Below, in pieces: positions 7,693 to 13,098 of a stretch of 22,483 nucleotides of DNA. The stretch comes from an uncultured Bacillota bacterium. Lineage in GTDB: Bacteria > Bacillota_I > Bacilli_A > RF39 > UBA660. The DNA is taken from NCBI GenBank assembly GCA_947246355.1, contig CAMXQX010000014.1, forward strand, positions 1 through 22,483. Direction: 5' to 3'. The first letter of the stretch is position 1, and each line of letters opens with the position of its first letter. A model generated the notes under the pieces. That model did not search any database. It saw only the letters and a list, made by a program, of their open reading frames with translations, and had not been told where the DNA came from. A program made the position numbers and the translations under genes.

Positions 7693-9114
7693 TTATCTCG
7701 TTTTTCCCCTACTATTTAATTTTTCAAGTTGTTCTTGATTGATATAAATTACCCTTCCTCCTTTGGGACTGATTTTCGTATCACCAAATACAATCCATAA
7801 AACGTCTACTTCTTTACTGGGCATAGTAGAACAACCATCTGTAAAAATAATTTTATTTTCTACTCGATTTGTAAAAGCATTCACTGCTACATTAAAATCT
7901 GTTCCACCACCTCCATAGAAAGATAAATTATCAATGTCTGCTTCATTTTTTATTTCTGTAAAACCATAAAACATAGTATCAAAACACCCTACTTTTACCT
8001 TTGAAGTTTGTAAAATATTTTTACATTCTCTTAAAAAATTGCGAAGCAACACCTCATCAATGGAACCACTCGTATCTAGGACAATCTCTGTTTCTGGTCT
8101 TGGTATTTCTTCTAAATAGGTGGTGACAATTCCATCCTCAATCTCCACATTTTCATAAGACCAATCCACATCATACTTTACCGCTTCTTTGAGTAACATT
8201 CGCCAATCCAAAAGAGGTGTGGATGTTCCAATATTGGCTATGGTTCTTACATCACTGTTTGTACTATCACCATGCCCAAGGGCCTCTTTTGCTAGTTCAT
8301 TTTGTAACTCCTCTAATTGTCTTTTTCTCTCTATCCTGTTTTGTTTAAATACTTCTCTCTCTCCTACTTGTACTCGATTTTGCATCTCCTCTTGTTTTTT
8401 CTTTTTACTTTCTAATTCTTGCGTCTTTTCTGTTTTCTCTTCCTCGTGTAATGCTTGCCTCTCTTTTTTTCTAGAAAACATTCGTTTCATCTTATCAAAT
8501 AAATTATCTTGGTTTTCTATTTTTTCTTCCTCTAAACCATTGGTGGCATTTCCCTCTCCTTTTTCTTGTTCCTCTCTTTGTTTTTTTAAAGTTGCCTGCT
8601 TCCACATAGAATGCGTATCGTGCCCCACATCATGGTATTTTTCTGTGCTTTCTTCATCGCCCTTTTGTGAACTCTCCTTTTTCGTATTCCCTTTTTGCTC
8701 TTTTTTCGTATCACTTTGTTGTTCTTTCTTTTCTTCTAGTAGTTTTTGATAGAATCCTTCTGCGTCATAAGCGATGGCCTCGGGAATATCGACTCCTCCT
8801 TTTACTAAAGGGAGTCCATCCTGTTTTAATAAAGCATTAATCACTGCGTCGGTGGCTATATTCCATAATTCAGAATCTTTTCCTTCACTTCTAAATATAT
8901 GATGAAATGCAATATAACAAATCTCATGGGCAAGGATAAATACCTGCTCCTCCCGTGACAGAGAGGACAAAAAGAGAGGATTATAGTATATGATTTCTCC
9001 ATCGGTTCCTGCTGTTTCTACGGAAGCCTCACCCACAAATTGGGTATGCGCTACTATACTACCAAATAAAGGATACTTCACTAAAACTCTATTTATAATG
9101 GTCTCAATATGCAT
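7693..9114 (-). CDS. DUF2201-type protein: N-terminal putative metallopeptidase domain, long charged linker, C-terminal VWA domain
   Basis: Start trimmed to ATG 9114 (MHIETIINRV...), with AGGAG 5 nt upstream and 2 nt after the upstream stop. The N-terminal region YPLFGSIVAHTQF...TAGTDGEIIYYNPLFL...FILAHEICYIAFHHIFR...WNIATDAVIN fits the COG3864/PF13203 pattern. About 150 aa of E/K-rich linker follow. The C-terminus has the VWA MIDAS-like motif VLDTSGSI, plus GGGGTDF and IIFTDG. Confidence 0.8.
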   Translation of the reverse strand: MHIETIINRVLVKYPLFGSIVAHTQFVGEASVETAGTDGEIIYYNPLFLSSLSREEQVFILAHEICYIAFHHIFRSEGKDSELWNIATDAVINALLKQDGLPLVKGGVDIPEAIAYDAEGFYQKLLEEKKEQQSDTKKEQKGNTKKESSQKGDEESTEKYHDVGHDTHSMWKQATLKKQREEQEKGEGNATNGLEEEKIENQDNLFDKMKRMFSRKKERQALHEEEKTEKTQELESKKKKQEEMQNRVQVGEREVFKQNRIERKRQLEELQNELAKEALGHGDSTNSDVRTIANIGTSTPLLDWRMLLKEAVKYDVDWSYENVEIEDGIVTTYLEEIPRPETEIVLDTSGSIDEVLLRNFLRECKNILQTSKVKVGCFDTMFYGFTEIKNEADIDNLSFYGGGGTDFNVAVNAFTNRVENKIIFTDGCSTMPSKEVDVLWIVFGDTKISPKGGRVIYINQEQLEKLNSRGKTR

Positions 9115-9116
9115 AG

Positions 9117-9524
9117 TTACTCCTGCACGTGGGCACATAAGGAATATATTTCTTCATTGATTTTATGCCTATTTAAATCAGAATAAGTAACTATAGGGAA
9201 ACAATTTGTAGGTAAATCGAAGGTACTCACTTTTTTATACTTCAATATCTCAACAAACTTTGTTTGTTCTTCAAGTGCAATTTCATTTATATTTTCAATG
9301 AGTAAAATAACAGAACCCTTTTTACTTTTTTCTATTAATTCTTTATACCATGTTGGTGGACAAAATTCGACATTCTCATAATGTCCATTTAGCTCAAGTC
9401 GATCTATATTTGCACTTATTGCTACCACATTCGTAAAAACAGTCGCAGGAAGATTTTGAATTAATAAGGGAGAAATTCCACACTGTAAGTAGCTTTCTAA
9501 TAAATTAAATCTATCTTTATTCAT
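9117..9524 (-). CDS. Degenerate AAA+ core paralogue (no P-loop) of the upstream ATPase
   Basis: ATG 9524 overlaps the upstream stop as ATGA, with AAGGAGG 9 nt upstream. The 135-aa product aligns by eye with residues about 230-400 of the 9521..11266 product. CPPTWYKELIEKSKKGSVILLIENINE matches VPPTWYIKLKEKCEKEPNKIHIVFFDELTN, DLPTNCFPIV matches RLPANARIVA, and CAHV matches FAHV. The Walker A position reads QNLPATVF and Walker B DE is replaced by EN. Confidence 0.7.
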   Translation of the reverse strand: MNKDRFNLLESYLQCGISPLLIQNLPATVFTNVVAISANIDRLELNGHYENVEFCPPTWYKELIEKSKKGSVILLIENINEIALEEQTKFVEILKYKKVSTFDLPTNCFPIVTYSDLNRHKINEEIYSLCAHVQE

Positions 9525-11266
9525 TTTCTAATTCCTCCTTGGGTATTTTCCTCAGACATTTGTATTTCAAGTAAATACTCTAACCTAGACGTGTCTCCAT
9601 GAACCCACATTGATTCAAAGACAGCTCTTGGTTCTGCACCTAATTGTTTCATAAAATCTCTAACTACCTCAAAATGCTCTTCATCTACAGAAGACAAACC
9701 AGCAGCTGTTGTGAATTTTTGTGCAACATTCATTTCTAAATCCTTCTCTGTGTAATTGTGCTGCAGTACATCCTCAATACGTATAACTTGAAGACTGGAA
9801 AATGCAACAAAGTCTCTTGTTAACTCTTCTCCAATGAGGGCTCGAAGCATTTCTTGCTTTTTCGTTTTATATAATACTTTGGATGCCATCTCCCATTTTC
9901 TTGGGTCGGCATTTGGTTTTTCTCCTGTATAAGGTGTTCTTAATACATCTTGTCCACTATAAGACTTGTAAGCCACATAAGCATAAATGGATGGATGAAT
10001 TTTTGGTTCTACCTTTTCTTCTTGATAGTCCAATCTTTCATAATTTTCTCTTGGTGTAATAGCCCATTTTAACCAGCTATCAACAGTCGTTTGAATATAT
10101 ACATGCGCAAAACGATTAAATAATGGTTCTGCCATTTGATTGGCAGCAAGAGAATCATTCAAATCATTTCCAGCTGCCACAATTCTTGCATTGGCTGGTA
10201 GCCTCCATTTCCCATCCACTTCTCCGTCCAAGACAATGTTAAATGCCATTCCTTGAATACTTGGTAGTGCATTGGTGAGTTCATCAAAGAATACAATATG
10301 GATTTTGTTAGGCTCTTTTTCGCATTTTTCCTTTAGTTTTATGTACCACGTTGGTGGTACATCCATCATTTCTCCCGTTGCAGCATTATATACACTTTTT
10401 CCATTTAAACTGTTTGGTGTTGCATTTCTCATGTATATAATTTCACAGTCTGGATCCAATTGTTTTACTCTTGCGGATTTTCCCTCACTGGATCTACCAT
10501 GTAAAAATACAGAAACATTGCTTTCGATGGCCCCTTTAATGATATCCTCCTCAGAGACACAATTAAAATCAAAATCAAAATCATAAGGATTTTTCCTTTT
10601 TATTCCGCTATCTATATTATTTATTGGCTCTGTATTTTGTAAAATCCTATTAGATACAATCTCTTTAGCAAAACAAGTATCTATAAATTGCTTTATATCA
10701 GTTCTCTCAAAATCCCCTTGGTAATTGTTATTATTCTGAAATTTTACACCTGAGAAAATCAGTTTCTTAGAAAGCGCTATATTGGATACTCTATCTACTA
10801 GCCATGTGATAGGCTCAACCAAAACCCAATAAGCTTTTCCCTCTTCAATTTTTCTTCCATCGGATAGAGTCTGTCCACTACAATTTCCATCCGCTACAAA
10901 ACGAATACACTTCTTTCCATTATATTCGTATTCCATATGTTCTCTTGCCACAAACGAACGACTATACTCTTGATAATTTACAGAGTCCGTTGTATACTTT
11001 TTTCCTGTTCTATTTATCCTATCACTTTGAAATGCACGTTCAAAATCTGCTTCCTCACTGGCACGCAAAATAGACTGTGGATATTCACCATAGTCGACTT
11101 CTATTATTTGACCCCTGCCTCTCACTTCGTTCGAGGAGATGTTTTGGATTAAAGAGTAAGGTAAAGCTGGGCGTGCCCCAACATACCGTAAATTAACATT
11201 GTATAAGTAACCATTCCCATCATTGTCAACAGCGCGCGCGAGCACAAACGGGGCACAAGAGCGCAA
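9521..11266 (-). CDS. MoxR/AAA_5-class AAA+ ATPase with lectin-like N-terminal domain; 5' end uncertain
   Basis: Walker A is FLHGRSSEGKS, Walker B is IHIVFFDELT and sensor-1 is ARIVAAGN, with a helical lid/C-terminal domain. Residues about 55-215 (IIEVDYGEYPQ...YWVLVEPITWLVD...LSKKLIFSGVKF...DIKQFIDTCFAKE) resemble a Firmicutes lectin/FGE-like extracellular-type domain. The track start 11266 is a TTG with no SD. The first in-frame ATG is at 10936, and an SD-like GAGAGGCAGGGG lies at 11123-11112. Confidence 0.75.
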   Translation of the reverse strand: MRSCAPFVLARAVDNDGNGYLYNVNLRYVGARPALPYSLIQNISSNEVRGRGQIIEVDYGEYPQSILRASEEADFERAFQSDRINRTGKKYTTDSVNYQEYSRSFVAREHMEYEYNGKKCIRFVADGNCSGQTLSDGRKIEEGKAYWVLVEPITWLVDRVSNIALSKKLIFSGVKFQNNNNYQGDFERTDIKQFIDTCFAKEIVSNRILQNTEPINNIDSGIKRKNPYDFDFDFNCVSEEDIIKGAIESNVSVFLHGRSSEGKSARVKQLDPDCEIIYMRNATPNSLNGKSVYNAATGEMMDVPPTWYIKLKEKCEKEPNKIHIVFFDELTNALPSIQGMAFNIVLDGEVDGKWRLPANARIVAAGNDLNDSLAANQMAEPLFNRFAHVYIQTTVDSWLKWAITPRENYERLDYQEEKVEPKIHPSIYAYVAYKSYSGQDVLRTPYTGEKPNADPRKWEMASKVLYKTKKQEMLRALIGEELTRDFVAFSSLQVIRIEDVLQHNYTEKDLEMNVAQKFTTAAGLSSVDEEHFEVVRDFMKQLGAEPRAVFESMWVHGDTSRLEYLLEIQMSEENTQGGIRK

Positions 11267-11293
11267 ACACGCAAAAAATAAATTTTCTTCTTA
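11165..11293 (-). other. GC-rich, NNY-codon-rich segment resembling a DGR variable/template repeat (in frame with the AAA+ gene)
   Basis: The frame opens after TAA 11293-11291 and encodes EENLFFACLRSCAPFVLARAVDNDGNGYLYNVNLRYVGARPAL. Region 11231-11272 has 28/42 G+C, including the alternating run GCGCGCGCG. In 11227-11180, 12 of 16 codons are NNY (N/D/G/Y/V). A 14-nt G/C-rich block, GGGGCACGCCCAGC, follows at 11179-11166. There is no ATG or SD. Confidence 0.4.
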
Positions 11294-11318
11294 ATTAAAG
11301 GCTTTTCAACCTAAAATC

Positions 11319-11903
11319 CTATTTTTTCATTTTCCATCTTGCATCATCACTCTTTTTCCAAGCAACGATTAGATTAATTGCCTCTGCAAGTTGCATAGAA
11401 ATCTGTTTGTATTGCTTTTTCAAAATACAGTTGGAGTTGAAAGCAAGCAAGGCCATATACCCTAAAAGTTTTAAGTTAACAATTGCTTCTTTTTGATACT
11501 CTTCTCTTTTGGATTTGTTGTTAGAAGACTCCATTCGAATAAAATTAGCTTTTAATAAATACTCTATCGTATCTAGACAATAATTTTGCATCCGATTGAC
11601 GAAGACACCTCTAAATTTTTTAGGGGATTTTTCTGTTACTGCAATCACATAAGCTTTTAATTTTTTAGTAACGGTAATTACCATTAAATCATTAGCATTG
11701 AAAGGAATTTGGTCTATCACCTTTCTATCCTTGTCTTCTTCTATGAGTCCTATTTTTACTTTTGTTTCATCAAACTTTTCATCCTTAGCCATGGCAAGGC
11801 CTTTCTTTGTTGCAAGAACTTCTTCTATATTGTTTGCTCTTTGTGTTACAATTTCTATTTTTTTGGGGATTTTTAAATGATTCGATCTACTGACTTGATA
11901 CAT
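11319..11903 (-). CDS. Avd-like / 23S-rRNA-IVS-type four-helix-bundle protein with about 80-aa N-terminal extension
   Basis: ATG 11903 lies 16 nt after the fmt stop and is preceded by GAGGTAAGGA. An alternative start is MAKDEK at residue 38. The C-terminal 115 aa (KLKAYVIAVTEKSPKKFRGVFVNRMQNYCLDTIEYLLKAN...KEAIVNLKLLGYMALLAF...KKQYKQISMQLAEAINLIVAWKK) follow the helix pattern and the P-[KR]-K ... A-[NG] ... W landmarks I recall for Avd / PF05635-family proteins. Confidence 0.5.
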   Translation of the reverse strand: MYQVSRSNHLKIPKKIEIVTQRANNIEEVLATKKGLAMAKDEKFDETKVKIGLIEEDKDRKVIDQIPFNANDLMVITVTKKLKAYVIAVTEKSPKKFRGVFVNRMQNYCLDTIEYLLKANFIRMESSNNKSKREEYQKEAIVNLKLLGYMALLAFNSNCILKKQYKQISMQLAEAINLIVAWKKSDDARWKMKK

Positions 11904-11919
11904 TCCTTACCTCTATCAT

Positions 11920-12897
11920 CTATTCAAAAATATCTCCTAGCAAATCTTCTTTGTTTTGAATGCCATTCAAAAAATCACTTGCTTTCCTCTTTGGCTTTCC
12001 TTCCATTTGTATTTCGGTTAAAATAATTTCGCCATTTCCGCATTTCACACCTATTCCGTCCGAATATAAATTACAAATTGTCCCATCAATTTTATCAGGA
12101 TAATAGGCATCCCCTATTCTCACCTTCCAAATCTTCATTCGCCTTCCTCTTAAAATAGCATACGCTCCAGGATAACTATTTAACCCTCGAACTTGATTAT
12201 GAATAGCATATTTTGTTTTACTAAAATCAATTTTTTCTTCTTCTTTTTTGATTGTAAACGCGAATGTTGCCTCCTCATGATTTTGAGGGATGCGAGGAGC
12301 AGTTTTATTAATAATACTTGGAAGAGTCTCTAAAAGTAAATCACGACCAAGTATTTTTAACTTATCATGCACCATAGATGCTGTATCCTCTTCTCCAATG
12401 GCAATTTCTTTTTGTGCAATCATATCTCCCTCATCCAATTTCGAATTCATATGCATAATGGTAATCCCAGTTTTCGTCTCTCCATTCATCACAACTCTAT
12501 GAATAGGAGCCCCTCCTCTATATTTAGGAAGCAAGGAAGCATGAACATTAATACAACCATATTCTGGTAAAAATAATAGTTCATTTGGAACCAAATTTCC
12601 ATAGGCACACGTGATAATCAAGGTTGGTTTTAATGCATAAATTTCATCGAGTGCTTCACTTAATTTTTCTGGTTGTAAAACTAAAATTGTATGGTCATTC
12701 GCACACTGTTTGACAGGGGAAAACGTTACTTGTCCATTTCTACCATTGACCCTGTCTGGTTGGGTAATGACTGCTCTTACATCATAATTTTCAATGAGTC
12801 CTTCTAAGACAGGTACAGCAAATGCAGGCGTACCCATAAATAAAATACGTACCTTCTTCTCTATTTTTATTTGTTCAATATTCAGTTCTGTATCCAT
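11920..12897 (-). CDS. fmt: Methionyl-tRNA formyltransferase
   Basis: Motifs present: RILFMGTPAFAVPVLEGL, INVHASLLPKYRGGAPIHR and the C-terminal Fmt domain. Start trimmed to ATG 12897 (MDTELN...), with GAAAGGA 9 nt upstream. ATG 12933 lacks an SD. Confidence 0.92.
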   Translation of the reverse strand: MDTELNIEQIKIEKKVRILFMGTPAFAVPVLEGLIENYDVRAVITQPDRVNGRNGQVTFSPVKQCANDHTILVLQPEKLSEALDEIYALKPTLIITCAYGNLVPNELLFLPEYGCINVHASLLPKYRGGAPIHRVVMNGETKTGITIMHMNSKLDEGDMIAQKEIAIGEEDTASMVHDKLKILGRDLLLETLPSIINKTAPRIPQNHEEATFAFTIKKEEEKIDFSKTKYAIHNQVRGLNSYPGAYAILRGRRMKIWKVRIGDAYYPDKIDGTICNLYSDGIGVKCGNGEIILTEIQMEGKPKRKASDFLNGIQNKEDLLGDIFE

Positions 12898-13098
12898 ATT
12901 TCTTGATCCTTTCTTTTTACATTGTATTTTCATTTTCTAGCAATCTTTATACTACACTTATTTTAGATAAAATTCAAAATAATATTATAAAACTAGGATA
13001 TTTGTGCAGATGGCAGCCACATTTGTTCATTTTCTCCTCATTTTAATTTATTGTTTTTTAAATTTATATTTTCTATTATTTTTTTATCTAGAATTATT

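Noticed and set aside
8189-8749. 186-aa + strand ORF rich in S/F/C/L
   Set aside because: It is antisense to the E/K-rich (purine-rich codon) linker of the VWA gene, so it is a classic shadow ORF of low complexity. It has no SD, and the minus-strand frame has clear domain content.
9115-9138. N-terminal extensions in the ORF track (here, and at 1456, 2918, 7625, 12933, 15273, 19843 and 20138)
   Set aside because: In each case an internal ATG or GTG has a properly spaced AGGAGG-type SD, and often sits just after the upstream stop. The extended part has none, so I trimmed the starts accordingly.
7693-11903. Calling the cassette a bona fide DGR
   Set aside because: I found no reverse-transcriptase motifs (no Y-x-D-D box) in any ORF of the window. 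By eye I found no second copy of the 11165-11293 segment on either strand. Only DGR-like parts can be claimed.
12974-13030. 18-codon minus-strand ORF (MNKCGCHLHKYPSFIILF) with GAGGAG upstream, and the GC-rich TGGCAGCCA palindrome, in the priA-fmt spacer
   Set aside because: The SD-to-ATG spacing is only 3 nt. The ORF is very short with no supporting signal, and the palindrome is too short (4+1+4) to call an operator or hairpin. It might be a leader peptide, but that is not supportable from sequence alone.
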